Shown here: one piece after another, positions 41,710 to 52,651 of the stretch
Layout: every line of letters begins with the position of its first letter
Position numbering within the stretch: position 1 is the first letter of the stretch
NCBI GenBank assembly: GCA_019358935.1
Contig: JAHHIK010000014.1
Span: 37,120 to 101,119 of the forward strand
Reading direction: 5' to 3'
Length of the DNA stretch: 64,000 bases
Source of the DNA: Tolypothrix carrinoi HA7290-LM1
GTDB taxonomy: Bacteria > Cyanobacteriota > Cyanobacteriia > Cyanobacteriales > Nostocaceae
Notes under the pieces: generated by a model
The model's database searches: none
What the model saw: only the letters and a program-made list of their open reading frames with translations
What the model was told of the DNA's origin: nothing
Program-made: the position numbers and the translations under genes

Positions 41710-42426
41710 ATGTACGAAATTGACTTAGATTCAGATAGAGAATTTTGCCATTGCGGCAGCTTGATGAAATGCGAAAGAACATATTCGCATAATATGGAAG
41801 ATAATAATTGTTATAGTAGCGAAATTTTTAAAATTTTCATTTGCTTAACTTGTGATGAAGCAACGGTAATGCTATATACATCATGGCTTTTTGAAAATGA
41901 AATGTTTGCATATGCAAATGACCCAGAAGCGAGACTTTATAGAAAATATACTAGAAGAGTGTTACATGCTCCTAAAATAAGCTTGCATAGTTCGATTCCT
42001 CAACCTATCGCCGAAATTATTTATGAAGCTCAATCAGTTTTGGGGAAATCTTCGCGTGCAAGTTTTATTTTGTGTAGAGCAGTTTTAGAAGAAATTTGTA
42101 ATGATTTTAATATCCCTTCTACTAAAACAAATAACAAAGGTGAACTATATTTTATTAGCCTTGCTAACAGGCTTAAACTTTTAATAGAGAAAGAAAAAAT
42201 ATCAGATGAATTAAGTGAAATTATTGATGGTATTAAGGAACTTGGTAATGAAGGAGCGCATTCAGGACATATTATTTTTTCAGAAAAAGTTGAAATTGAA
42301 GATGCTGAGAATTTATTAAAGCTAGTAAATTATATAATTGAACGGCTTTACGTTGACAAATATAGACAGGAAGAAGCTAAAAAAGTATTGGATCAATTGA
42401 AACATAAAATACTACCACCGCAGTAA
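41710..42426 (+). CDS. DUF4145-domain protein with N-terminal Cys motifs
   Basis: ASFILCRAVLE...IKELGNEGAH pattern; AT-rich. Confidence 0.8.
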   Translation: MYEIDLDSDREFCHCGSLMKCERTYSHNMEDNNCYSSEIFKIFICLTCDEATVMLYTSWLFENEMFAYANDPEARLYRKYTRRVLHAPKISLHSSIPQPIAEIIYEAQSVLGKSSRASFILCRAVLEEICNDFNIPSTKTNNKGELYFISLANRLKLLIEKEKISDELSEIIDGIKELGNEGAHSGHIIFSEKVEIEDAENLLKLVNYIIERLYVDKYRQEEAKKVLDQLKHKILPPQ

Positions 42427-42580
42427 ATTTAAAAGTTAGCCCTGAGGCAAGTTTTAACAGCACCCTACATTAAGAGGATAACAAAAAGCCAAATAAATAT
42501 TGATACTAATCAGGTAGCAGGGCTTATTAAAGTTAAATTTAAAAATCTCCCATAAATAATTGATTAAACAAGTTAAGTTG

Positions 42581-42762
42581 CTATAATAGTTCCCCCGCTG
42601 CATCAACTTCTTCACGGTCAATATCAATATAAAGTGCCAAACTTGCAGAACTAGCATGACCAGACCTCTTCTGTAATGTTGGCAGCGGGACACCTGCTTT
42701 ATACAACTTAGTCACTGTTCGTCAGTCAGTACAGAAGCCTGACCATTGCGCTGTATCTTCAT
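42581..42762 (-). pseudogene. tyrosine recombinase/integrase remnant with internal deletion
   Basis: My translation: MKIQRNGQASVLTDEQ* joined out of frame to TKLYKAGVPLPTLQKRSGHASSASLALYIDIDREEVDAAGELL* (GH...Y catalytic box). Confidence 0.75.
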
Positions 42763-43107
42763 AACTTACAGGTGTTGCTGATTTTTTAAAAGAGCAAATG
42801 CTAATTCCCCCTACAACAACCACTCTACAGCTTAAAGCGTGAGAAATTAGCAAGTCTTATCAAGGAAAACGCCCAAGATGCCTATTATTCCGTGGAAAGA
42901 TAAGTATTTATTAACTACAGTCAAGTAGAACTAAGGCTTCCCTAATCTTCTCTTAATTGCCCCGCCTTTGTTTGCTGGCAACGGCAGGGCATCTTTTAAT
43001 AGTGCGATCGCGGCGGCAATAATTTTTTTATCCTGCCCCCCTGCAATGAGATTAGCTATCGACTATCCACTATCGACTATCCACGCTCCTACTAACCACC
43101 AACCAGC

Positions 43108-44109
43108 CTAAAATTGGCGTAAAAAGCGCAAATCGCTATTGTATAATCGGCGAATATCATCCATTTGGTGTAAAACCATCGCAAAGCGTTCGACACCAAA
43201 ACCGGCGGCAAATCCAGTGTAAACTTCTGGGTCGTAACCCACAGCTTTCAGCACATTTGGATCGACCATACCGCAGCCCATAACTTCTAACCAGCGACCA
43301 TTCCACTGCAAATCGACTTCCGCAGAAGGTTCTGTAAACGGGAAATAACTGGCACGGAAGCGAATTGGTAATTCGCCAAACATTGCTTCTAAAAACAACT
43401 TAATAGTGCCTTTGAGGTCTGTAAAAGTTAGTCCCTCGTCAATTGCTAAAAGTTCTATTTGATGAAAAACTGCCGAGTGGGTAGCGTCTACATCATCTTT
43501 CCGATAAACTCGTCCTGGGGCTACAATCCGAATCGGTGGTTCTTCGGCTTCCATGTAACGAATTTGGACACACGAGGTTTGAGTACGCAGGAGATTTCCA
43601 TCTGGGAGGTAGAAAGTATCCTGCATATCACGGGCAGGGTGGTCGGGGGGGGTATTCAGAGCCTCAAAGTTGTAGTAATCTGTTTCCATCTCTGGACCTT
43701 GAGCCACGGTGTAGCCCATACCGATAAAGATATCCAGCGCTTGGTCGATAATGCCATTGAGGGGATGAACACGTCCTTGAGGGCTGTAAATTCCCGGCAT
43801 TGTTACATCTAGAGTTTCTGCTTCTAGCTGTGCGTGAATTTGAGCAGCTTCTAGGGAAGCACGTTGTTTGTCTAAACTGGTTTGAAGGCTTTCTTTGACT
43901 GTATTGCCGATCGCCCCAATTGAGGGTCGTTCTTCGGCACTTAATTGTCCCATACTCCGCAACAGCGTGGACAATTCCCCTTTTTTACCAAGGTAGCCGA
44001 CTCTTAGTTCTTCTAGGCGTTCTAAGCTATCAGCAGCTGCGATCGCTTTTTCTCCTTCAATTCGCAGTGCTAAAAGTTGAGCCTCTAAATTGCTGGGCTG
44101 ATTCGTCAT
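43108..44109 (-). CDS. pheS: phenylalanine--tRNA ligase alpha subunit
   Basis: [29 protein letters not shown]. Confidence 0.98.
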   Translation of the reverse strand: MTNQPSNLEAQLLALRIEGEKAIAAADSLERLEELRVGYLGKKGELSTLLRSMGQLSAEERPSIGAIGNTVKESLQTSLDKQRASLEAAQIHAQLEAETLDVTMPGIYSPQGRVHPLNGIIDQALDIFIGMGYTVAQGPEMETDYYNFEALNTPPDHPARDMQDTFYLPDGNLLRTQTSCVQIRYMEAEEPPIRIVAPGRVYRKDDVDATHSAVFHQIELLAIDEGLTFTDLKGTIKLFLEAMFGELPIRFRASYFPFTEPSAEVDLQWNGRWLEVMGCGMVDPNVLKAVGYDPEVYTGFAAGFGVERFAMVLHQMDDIRRLYNSDLRFLRQF

Positions 44110-44120
44110 TTCTTACAGTT

Positions 44121-44167
44121 ATTGGGCATTGGGCATTGGGCATTGGGCATTGGGCATTGGGCATTGG
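44121..44167. repeat. STRR heptamer (ATTGGGC)x6 plus a partial unit
   Basis: Directly visible. Confidence 0.9.
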
Positions 44168-44360
44168 TTAGAAGACTAATGACCTTAGTAATAATGCCAT
44201 TGATGAGTCAAAGGCAAGGGTTAAAGCAAACCTCTTTTTACCAGTTTAAAGGCTATTGTCTAAGGGAAGCATGTTTTTTTGTTCAAAGCCTGTGACCCAT
44301 GACATTGACAATTGTCTCTTAACTATTGACTATTGACTATTGACTATTGACTAAAGACTT

Positions 44361-45158
44361 ATGAAATTACTAATTAGCAATGATGACGGGGTTGCGGCTT
44401 TAGGGATTCGGACTTTAGCTAATTGTTTGGCACAAGCCGGTCATGATGTGACTGTAGTTTGCCCGGATCGCGAGCGATCGGCAACCGGACACGGACTAAC
44501 TTTGCACCAACCAATTCGCGCTGAAATCATTGAATCGGTGTTTCATCCTGCTGTCAATGCTTGGGCTTGCGATGGCACTCCTTCCGATTGTGTTAAATTA
44601 GCGCTGTGGGCTTTGCTAGACTCTCCCCCTGATTTGGTTGTTTCTGGCATTAATCAAGGTGCTAATTTGGGAACCGAAATTCTTTATTCCGGAACTGTTT
44701 CCGCCGCAATGGAGGGTATAATTGAAGGCATTCCCAGTGTGGCATTGAGTCTTAGCAGTCACACTTGCAAAGATTTTCAACCTGCTGCTGACTTTGCGAA
44801 AATTCTCGTAGACCAAATAGCAGCAAAACCCATACCAGAATTGATGTTGCTTAACGTCAACATTCCCGCTGTCAAGTGGTCAGAAATTGCTGGAGTGACT
44901 ATTACCCGTCAGGGAGTGCGACGCTACGTAGATGTTTTTGACAAGCGCATCGATCCGCGTGGAAAAACATACTACTGGTTAACCGGAGAAGTTCTTGAGG
45001 ATGTAGAACCGCCATCCGATTTAAATTTGCCTGAAAATGTACCTACTGACGTGCATGTTATCCGTAAAAACTACATCAGTATAACCCCATTGCAATATAA
45101 TCTCACCTATGCGGGTGGCGTTAATCAATTGTCTGAGTGGGAATTTAAATTTCCTTGA
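44361..45158 (+). CDS. surE: 5'/3'-nucleotidase SurE
   Basis: [30 protein letters not shown]. Confidence 0.97.
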   Translation: MKLLISNDDGVAALGIRTLANCLAQAGHDVTVVCPDRERSATGHGLTLHQPIRAEIIESVFHPAVNAWACDGTPSDCVKLALWALLDSPPDLVVSGINQGANLGTEILYSGTVSAAMEGIIEGIPSVALSLSSHTCKDFQPAADFAKILVDQIAAKPIPELMLLNVNIPAVKWSEIAGVTITRQGVRRYVDVFDKRIDPRGKTYYWLTGEVLEDVEPPSDLNLPENVPTDVHVIRKNYISITPLQYNLTYAGGVNQLSEWEFKFP

Positions 45159-45473
45159 ATAATTTTATGTACAAGGGAGCTAGTAAAGCTTGTTAAATGC
45201 ATTACAAGAAAATTTAGGCTATAAAGTAGGAGCAGTCTTGAAAACAACTCATACATATACGCCTGGAAAACTCAAGGAATTTGCCTTGCAGTCTCTAATA
45301 ATAAGCAAGAGCAAGATAACCAAATTAAGCAAAACTAGCATTGAAAAGGGTATGCTGTTTTACCAAGAAATTCCCCGTTTCACAAAGCGCACAAGATACA
45401 GCATAAACTGGACAAACAGGAGTAACAATTTCTTTTATCGATCGCCCGCTCAGTATCCAGCAAAGCAACACCC

Positions 45474-46370
45474 ATGTCTAGGATAGATAATCAATTTACC
45501 GTACAATTTTGGGGCGTTCGCGGCAGCATCCCCAGTCCAGGACTACATACCGTTCGTTACGGCGGTAATACCCCTTGCGTTGAGATGCAAGCGGGCGGTA
45601 AACGCTTAATTTTCGATGGTGGTACGGGACTGCATGTTTTGGGGCAATCATTATTGCGCCAAATGCCGATAGAAGCTCATATATTTTTCACGCACTCCCA
45701 CTGGGATCATGTACAAGGATTTCCCTTTTTTACTCCAGGTTTTGTCAGGGGAAATGACTTTCATATTTATGGGGCGATCGCTCCTGATGGTTCCACTGTC
45801 GAACAGCGGCTAAATGACCAAATGCTGCATCCAAATTTTCCCGTACCTTTGCAAATCATGCAAGCAAATTTGGATTTTTACAATGTAAAACCCGGAGAGC
45901 CAATCAAAATTAATGATGTTATCGTCGAAACGGCACCTCTGAACCATCCGGGTGAAGCGGTAGGATACCGAGTTAATTGGCGGGATGGTGCGGCTGTTTA
46001 TATTACTGATACTGAGCATTTTCCCGACAGGTTGGATGAAAATGTGATGTGGCTAGCTCGTAACGCCGATATCCTCATTTATGACTCCACTTATACCGAC
46101 GATGAATATCATTCGCCAAAGTCGCCGAAAATCGGTTGGGGACATTCCACATGGCAAGAAGCTGTGAAAATAGCCAAAGCAGCTAACGTCAAAACTTTGG
46201 TAATTTTCCACCACGATCCGGCACACGACGATGAATTTTTGGATCGTGTAGGCCAAGAAGCAGCGGTGCAATTTCCTGGTGCGATTATGGCACGAGAAGG
46301 AATGGTACTTCAGGTTCCCATATCCATGCCCTTATCAGAATCTATTCCTGTTAGTGAGTTTTCTGCTTAA
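45474..46370 (+). CDS. MBL-fold metallo-hydrolase
   Basis: GVRGSIP, THSHWDH, WGHS, FHHDP. Confidence 0.92.
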   Translation: MSRIDNQFTVQFWGVRGSIPSPGLHTVRYGGNTPCVEMQAGGKRLIFDGGTGLHVLGQSLLRQMPIEAHIFFTHSHWDHVQGFPFFTPGFVRGNDFHIYGAIAPDGSTVEQRLNDQMLHPNFPVPLQIMQANLDFYNVKPGEPIKINDVIVETAPLNHPGEAVGYRVNWRDGAAVYITDTEHFPDRLDENVMWLARNADILIYDSTYTDDEYHSPKSPKIGWGHSTWQEAVKIAKAANVKTLVIFHHDPAHDDEFLDRVGQEAAVQFPGAIMAREGMVLQVPISMPLSESIPVSEFSA

Positions 46371-46634
46371 AGGTTGTAGTCGAAGCGATGGGAGATTTTA
46401 GTTTAGATTGGTGATAAACAGCTTTATCGCCACATACCCCAACGGGTATGCCGCAACTTGAACTACACCGAATGCGGGTTCTTCCGCACGAGCGCAAGAA
46501 GCGGATGAATGGCAGTTGAGCTAAACGGCAGCAGCGAAAAGTTAGTTGAGGGTGAATTCATTCTCCCGAAAACTAGCCTTTGAAAAATGAATTTTTTCGG
46601 AACTGCTTCAAAAACCTAAAATCCCCGAATCGAC

Positions 46635-47648
46635 GTGGTAAATCTGTCTCCAAATGGGTGTGCTGTGTGGGTTGCTTCTGACACCAAATTGGCTTTAACG
46701 CCTACTGCTGTTGCGCTGGGCAAATTTGATGGTGTCCATCGCGGGCATCAAAGAGTAATTGCACCAATTTTGCAACAAGCCAATAGAGAAAATAGAGATA
46801 AAGAAAGTAATACTAATTACATTTACTCAACAGTTGTCACCTTTTATCCCCATCCACAAGAATTTTTTACAGGGATACCTCATGCTTTGTTGACACCAGT
46901 GGATGAAAAAGTGCAACAGTTGCGATCGCTTGGCGTAGAACAACTGGTACTATTACCCTTTGGCAAAGAATTATCAGCTTTGACTCCCGAAGAATTCGTA
47001 GAACAAATTCTCGTACAACAACTGCAATGTCAACAAATTAGCGTCGGGGAAGATTTTTGTTTTGGTAAAAAGCGCAGTGGTACCGCCAAGCATTTACAAT
47101 TTCTCGCCGCCAAGTATAACATTCCCGTCACCATCGTTCCCATCCAAACTCATGCAGGTGAGAGTGTCACTTCCACCGAGGAGGCTCGTATTAGCACTTC
47201 ACTAATTCGTCAACATTTAGCAAACGGTAATATCGAACTCGCCAACCAACTTTTAGGGCATCCTTATACCCTAATTGGTGTTGTCGTCCAAGGTCAACAA
47301 ATTGGCAGAACTATTAACTTTCCCACCGCCAATTTGCAATTACCTAAAGAGAAATTTTTGCCCCGTCAAGGTGTTTACGCAGTTCGCGTTTTTATCGAAG
47401 AAAACCAAACTGACACAATCGTTGGCGTAATGAATATAGGCGATCGCCCAACTGTAAACGGCACTCATCCAACCGTAGAAGTGCATCTGTTAGATTGGGT
47501 TGGCGATTTATACGGCAAAAATCTAACAGTGCAACTCGCCAAATTTTTGCGCCCAGAACAAAAATTTTCTTCTCTAGAAGACCTAAAAACACAAATTCAA
47601 CTTGACTGCATTGCTGCAAAAGAAGTGCTGAGTGGGAACACTATATAA
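46635..47648 (+). CDS. ribF: bifunctional riboflavin kinase / FAD synthetase
   Basis: GKFDGVHRGH, FPTAN, GVYAV, NIGDRPT, EVHL, LRPEQKF. Confidence 0.97.
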   Translation: MVNLSPNGCAVWVASDTKLALTPTAVALGKFDGVHRGHQRVIAPILQQANRENRDKESNTNYIYSTVVTFYPHPQEFFTGIPHALLTPVDEKVQQLRSLGVEQLVLLPFGKELSALTPEEFVEQILVQQLQCQQISVGEDFCFGKKRSGTAKHLQFLAAKYNIPVTIVPIQTHAGESVTSTEEARISTSLIRQHLANGNIELANQLLGHPYTLIGVVVQGQQIGRTINFPTANLQLPKEKFLPRQGVYAVRVFIEENQTDTIVGVMNIGDRPTVNGTHPTVEVHLLDWVGDLYGKNLTVQLAKFLRPEQKFSSLEDLKTQIQLDCIAAKEVLSGNTI

Positions 47649-47649
47649 A

Positions 47650-47831
47650 GGGTAATGGGTAATGGGTAATGAGTAATGGGTAATGGGTAATGGGTAATGG
47701 GTAATGGGTATGGAAAGAATCTCTTATTACCAATTCGCAATTCCCCATTCGCAATTCCCCATTCGCAATTTCCCATTCGCAATTCGCAATTCCCCATTCC
47801 CCATTCCCGATTCCCCATTCCCCATTCCCCC
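47650..47831. repeat. STRR heptamers (GGGTAAT)n then (ATTCCCC/ATTCGCA)n
   Basis: Directly visible. Confidence 0.9.
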
Positions 47832-47836
47832 AGTGC

Positions 47837-48745
47837 ATGAGAAAAAAAATTGACGCGCTTACACAAAATCTCGCTCTGACCATCGTTGGTAAAACAGAGG
47901 CAATACGCTTAGTATTAGTTGCTTTGTTAGGTGGTGGTCACGCTTTACTAGAAGATGTCCCTGGAGTCGGTAAAACCCTGCTGGCAAAGTCTCTAGCTCG
48001 TTCTATTGATGGCAAATTTCAACGCCTGCAATGCACCCCAGATTTACTTCCTACTGACATTACTGGTGTCAATATTTGGAACCCAAAAAGCGGCGAATTT
48101 AGCTTTCTCCCTGGTCCAATATTTGCCAATGTGCTGCTAGCTGATGAAATTAATCGGGCTACACCCCGCACTCAGTCAGCCTTGCTGGAAGTGATGGAAG
48201 AACAACAAGTAACGGTAGATGGTGTTTCTCGCGCTGTTCCTACACCCTTTTTTGCGATCGCGACTCAAAACCCCATCGAATATCAAGGTACTTTTCCCTT
48301 GCCAGAAGCGCAGATGGATCGGTTTATGCTTTCCTTGAGTTTGGGTTATCCTTCTCAAGCTGAAGAATTACAGATGCTGCAAAGTGTGGATAAGAATATC
48401 AAAGTTGCTGATTTACAACCTTGTATTACTTTGGCAGAGGTGCAGGAATTGCGCCAAATTTGCGCTCAGGTAAGAGTGGAAAGCTCATTACAACAGTATA
48501 TTTTGGAATTGGTGCGGGCGACGCGCCAAGATGAGGAAATCTCTCTTGGTGTCAGTCCTCGCGGTACAATGGCTCTACAACGAGCTACGCAGGCGTTAGC
48601 TTTTCTGTTAGGACGTGATTATGCGATTCCCGATGATGTGAAGTTTCTTGCTCCTTATGTTCTTTGCCATCGTTTGATTCCTGCGGGAGGACGCAGGGCA
48701 AGAACTGTGATGGAGCGGTTATTGCGGGCTGTGCCGATTCCATAA
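47837..48745 (+). CDS. MoxR-family AAA+ ATPase
   Basis: EDVPGVGKT, DEINRA, ATQNPIE, PLPEAQMDRF. Confidence 0.95.
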   Translation: MRKKIDALTQNLALTIVGKTEAIRLVLVALLGGGHALLEDVPGVGKTLLAKSLARSIDGKFQRLQCTPDLLPTDITGVNIWNPKSGEFSFLPGPIFANVLLADEINRATPRTQSALLEVMEEQQVTVDGVSRAVPTPFFAIATQNPIEYQGTFPLPEAQMDRFMLSLSLGYPSQAEELQMLQSVDKNIKVADLQPCITLAEVQELRQICAQVRVESSLQQYILELVRATRQDEEISLGVSPRGTMALQRATQALAFLLGRDYAIPDDVKFLAPYVLCHRLIPAGGRRARTVMERLLRAVPIP

Positions 48746-48889
48746 CTCTCGTTCCAAGTTGCGTTATTCGCCCTCAGGCTATAAGCCTGGACGGCAGTCG
48801 CTACAACGGAGGGAACCTCCGCAACGCGCTGCCTCGGCTATACAAACGAAGCCCACCTTCGTGGGCTAAAACCTTAATCTGTAACGCTA

Positions 48890-49239
48890 TTAAGTCAGTT
48901 CTACAAATACACCGCTGCGGGAAAACTCTTCTTCTTCAGGAGTGAAGTAGGGAGCTTTATCCACAAGGTTAGGATCAAAACAATATGTTTCTTGTAAAAA
49001 TTGTCCGCCGATCACAGCCGACTCCAAATCGTTGATGTAATCTTGTGCAACCAGACACGCTTCCTTGATGCCTTGCCAATCACCCTTTTGCAACAGCTTT
49101 TGCAATGTGGTTCTTGCCCCAGTTCTTCTGCTGAGATGGTACTGTTGCCGTCCTCGTCAAACATTTGGAAAGCTTCCCACAACTTTGCCACTTCTTCAGA
49201 GGTCATTACCTTGTTTTCATGCTCCACAGGCATCATCAA
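48890..49239 (-). pseudogene. EF-hand protein remnant
   Basis: Calmodulin-like EAFQMFDEDGNSTISAEELGQ, joined out of frame (near 49110) to a helical C-terminal fragment. Confidence 0.6.
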
Positions 49240-49273
49240 TAAATCCTCGATAATTGTTGAACTTTGCTATATA

Positions 49274-52200
49274 TCAATCGATTTTGACACGGAAGCGAAC
49301 GAAGCCGTAATTGTTGTCGGCTGTGTTGTCAAGATTGCCAAAATTAGCGATCGCTGCTCCTTTAAGATTATTTTGATTAGAGCAAACGTTATTCGTTGGT
49401 AATGGTGCTAAGGGCGAGAAAAAGCTAGCATTATCGCTATCTGCCGCATTCGTCCTCGGTGTAACTGTGTTCGCCATATTTACCAAAATGCCACTACCTG
49501 AACCAAAACTGTCAGGAATGAACTTTGTCCCGTTGGGGATAAAGTCACAAAATTTGGCATTTTGCACCGGCTGATTGCCATCAGAAAGGAAATACACGGT
49601 ATATTCTACTTCATCGCCACTTTGCAAACGTATTTGCGGGCTAATGATGGGAACTCCTATCGGCGGTAGTTGTGACCATCCGGCGGCATTGTCATTATCC
49701 GCCTTCGGCGGAAGGCAGAAGGCAGAGGGCAGAGGGCAGAAGGTATAAATTATGTCTTTGATTCAGCCTTCTGGCTGGAGCCAACTGGGTATAAAACCCC
49801 ACCGTCTACACGGTGGATTCAATCGGTTGGGGTTTGAATCCCCATCCGATTGCTCCTTCAGCATAGCTGCCTCCTGCCCTCTGCCTTTCTTCAACATCAT
49901 TTGGGTCATCGATAAAGGTATTAAAGTTGACGTTATTTATTGACGCGCCGTTTCTAATTACATTGGTAATTCGCTTGACTCCACGCAACTGCGGTAATTG
50001 AGGAGGGTTGATAAAGTTGATGATTGTGGGGTCAGGATTTATACCATCGCCGGTGGGTTGGTTGACATTGCCGTTTGCATCTGGGTTGCCGGAATTTACC
50101 CCGGAACCGGGTAGATTGGGGTTAATTGTGTCACTGGCATCAGAAGCGATCGCCTTCCCCCCATCTCCTGTAAAATTAATACTGGCTATGTTGCTAATTC
50201 TCGTTTCAGAATTAGGCAGAATGCGGGCGTTATAAGTAACTGTAACAGTGCTGTTTGGCGGCACAGTGCCGGGATTGGAAAAGATAATTGAATTGCCAGT
50301 ACCGTTAAAACTGTTGTTGGGTAAGGTAGAAGCAGCGTTGAAACCCGAAGAAAATTCAATTGCGTTCGCACTATCTTGTAAAATTTGTAGTTGTGCGGGA
50401 ACGCGATCGCTAATCACGAGATTATCTACAGGATTAGCTGGATTCGGATTGGTAACGATGATCGTATATTGGACATCATCACCACCTGTAACAGTTTTTG
50501 TATTGTCATTGTCTCGCAAAAAGCGCACTGACTTGCGAATTGTCGGAGTTAAAGAAGCTACAGTTACATCTTCACCTGGATTTGCCGCATCATAACTTGT
50601 ACTTGTTGTACCGTTGGCAGTGGTGCGGGTTGGGTTGAGATAAGTTGCTGTCGCAGAGTTTTGATAAACACCATCGGCTACGGTTGCAGAAATGTCAGTT
50701 GTAAAGGTAATTTCTACAGTAGCGCCGCCAGGAATATCGAATGTGCCAAAATTAACAGTAGTTGCGCCAGCAGTTGCATTGTTAATTGCGTTACGAGTTG
50801 CCCCACCAGTTACATTGATAGTGGGAGTGCTTGAGCCATCGAAGGTGAAACCAGCTGGCAAAGTATCGGTAATATTAACGTTAAGCGCTGTACCTCGGTT
50901 GACAGCATTAGAAACGGTGATAGTATAACTTGCTTTACTCGGCTTGTTAAGTGGACCGGGCGTGCTGGTAGTTTTATTAACAGTTAATATCGGCAAGCAT
51001 TCAGCACCGGAATTTGCACCGGGAATACTGCCGGTGGCTGCACTAACTCCACTAGAACCTGTAGTAGAACCGAAGTTTTGCGTAGGGTCAATTGGGTCGC
51101 CAGTACCGCCAGGAGTACCACCGCTAACATTGACAACCGCACCAGAACTGCTAAAAACAACACCACCACCGCCACCACCACCAGGACCGTGCGGTGAAAT
51201 AAATCTGACATCACCGCCTCTACCACCGTTGGCATTTACAGTCAAACCTGTAAGGTTATTATTGGCAGCGGTAACTACCACACTACCACCAGCACCCCCG
51301 CCGCCACCACCATCGTTTTCCACATTGTAAGCATCGTCACCATTAGCAGCGATCCCACCGTTACCACTGACGCTGCCAGTACGAATTAATACCATCCCGC
51401 CGCCAGGAGCGCCGCTGCTAGCAAGACCATTAGGAAGAATACCTCTGATAATCGAGGTACGATTATTACTTGAGCCTGAACCACCACCCCCACCCAAGAC
51501 AACGCGAGCAACATCACCCGGAAAAGCTGTACCGCCAAAACCGCCTATAAAGCGTAGAGAATTCCAAGATTCGCCCCCCAAACCGCCAAAACCGCCGTTA
51601 GCACCACCACCACCACCGGAGTTTTCATTGTTTGTACCGCCGGGATTTCCATCAGTTGCACCACCGCCGGCGGTACCGGGTGCCCCTCTACCGTAGCTGC
51701 CATTTGGGTAGCCTTCATTGATATTATCTAATAGTTGAGGAGTGGCAAGGGAATTTCCAGTTGTGTTGTTAAATGTTTGAATGATAAAGCGGGGTGTACC
51801 TGCAATACCTTCACCTTTGGAACCGTTGGCATTTTGGGTTGAAAGGGTGCGGTAGTCATTGAATGATAATCCAGGTTCGCCGTTAAAAAATCTTCCACCG
51901 CCACCACGGAAACCTTTACCAGTGACATCTACAGTGGCGTTGTTCAAGTTGAGGTTCCCAGCGACATCATACACCAAAACCCCGCCTGTAGAGCCATTCC
52001 ACGGGGCAGCGGTCAAAGTTGAATTTACACTAGCGCTAGAGTATTGCGGGACGCGGATTACTTGATATGTTCTTTGTCCTTGAGTGCCAAAGTCAGCATT
52101 GCTATAAGAATTCCTCAACCCACCACCGGAACCTGTACCTTTAATAGATATGGAATTTCCGGAAACGGAACTTGTAGCAACAACATATTCATAATTCCCA

Positions 52201-52604
52201 GCAGTCGAGTTAGTGTAACCACTCGCTCCGGTTGCTCCCCCGGATGGAGCGACTTTAGTATTTGCACTGTTACCACCCCCCGCAACACCATCACCGTAAG
52301 CATCAGTGTTACTGGAATTAATATCTGCTGCTTGCATTTGGATGACTAACAACAAGTCACCTGGTTGAATTAACGCTCCGTTGGTGGGTGTTCCGACTGG
52401 AATTGACATTGCACCGGGCGATATGGTAGTATTTGCCTGACCTGGGTAATAGGTATTAATTATCCCATTTAAAGGTACTGGACCATCTCTGCCAGGAATA
52501 GCGCATAACTGCGGTGTAACTTGAGCGGATACCGGAAAAGCGGTAAATAAAAGCAGGTTTTGATAACTAAATGTAGTTGTCAGTAAAATTACAGGAATTT
52601 TCAT
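49274..52604 (-). pseudogene. Gly-rich secreted adhesin-like protein with three DUF11 domains, interrupted by a 196-bp element (1044 aa when restored)
   Basis: Deleting 49699-49894 fuses ORFs 49806..52604 and 49274..49627 in frame (..DDPND-DNDNAAGW..; 3135 nt). Confidence 0.88.
49699..49894 (+). mobile_element. 196-bp non-autonomous IS200/IS605-like miniature element, copy 2
   Basis: Follows TTAT (49695-49698), ends TTCAA, no TSD; near-identical to the reverse complement of 20190-20384. Confidence 0.88.
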
Positions 52605-52651
52605 TTCTTCCTTTGCGCCTCTGCGCCTTTGCGTGAGATAAATATAAGGAT

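Noticed and set aside
45190..45486. 98-aa ORF between surE and the MBL gene
   Set aside because: TTG start, no motif; likely promoter region.
46380..46560. Palindrome-rich stretch as an IS end or riboswitch upstream of ribF
   Set aside because: No FMN-riboswitch consensus seen and no second copy in the window to define boundaries.
47597..47883. ORFs 47597..47866 and 47641..47883
   Set aside because: Heptamer repeat translations.
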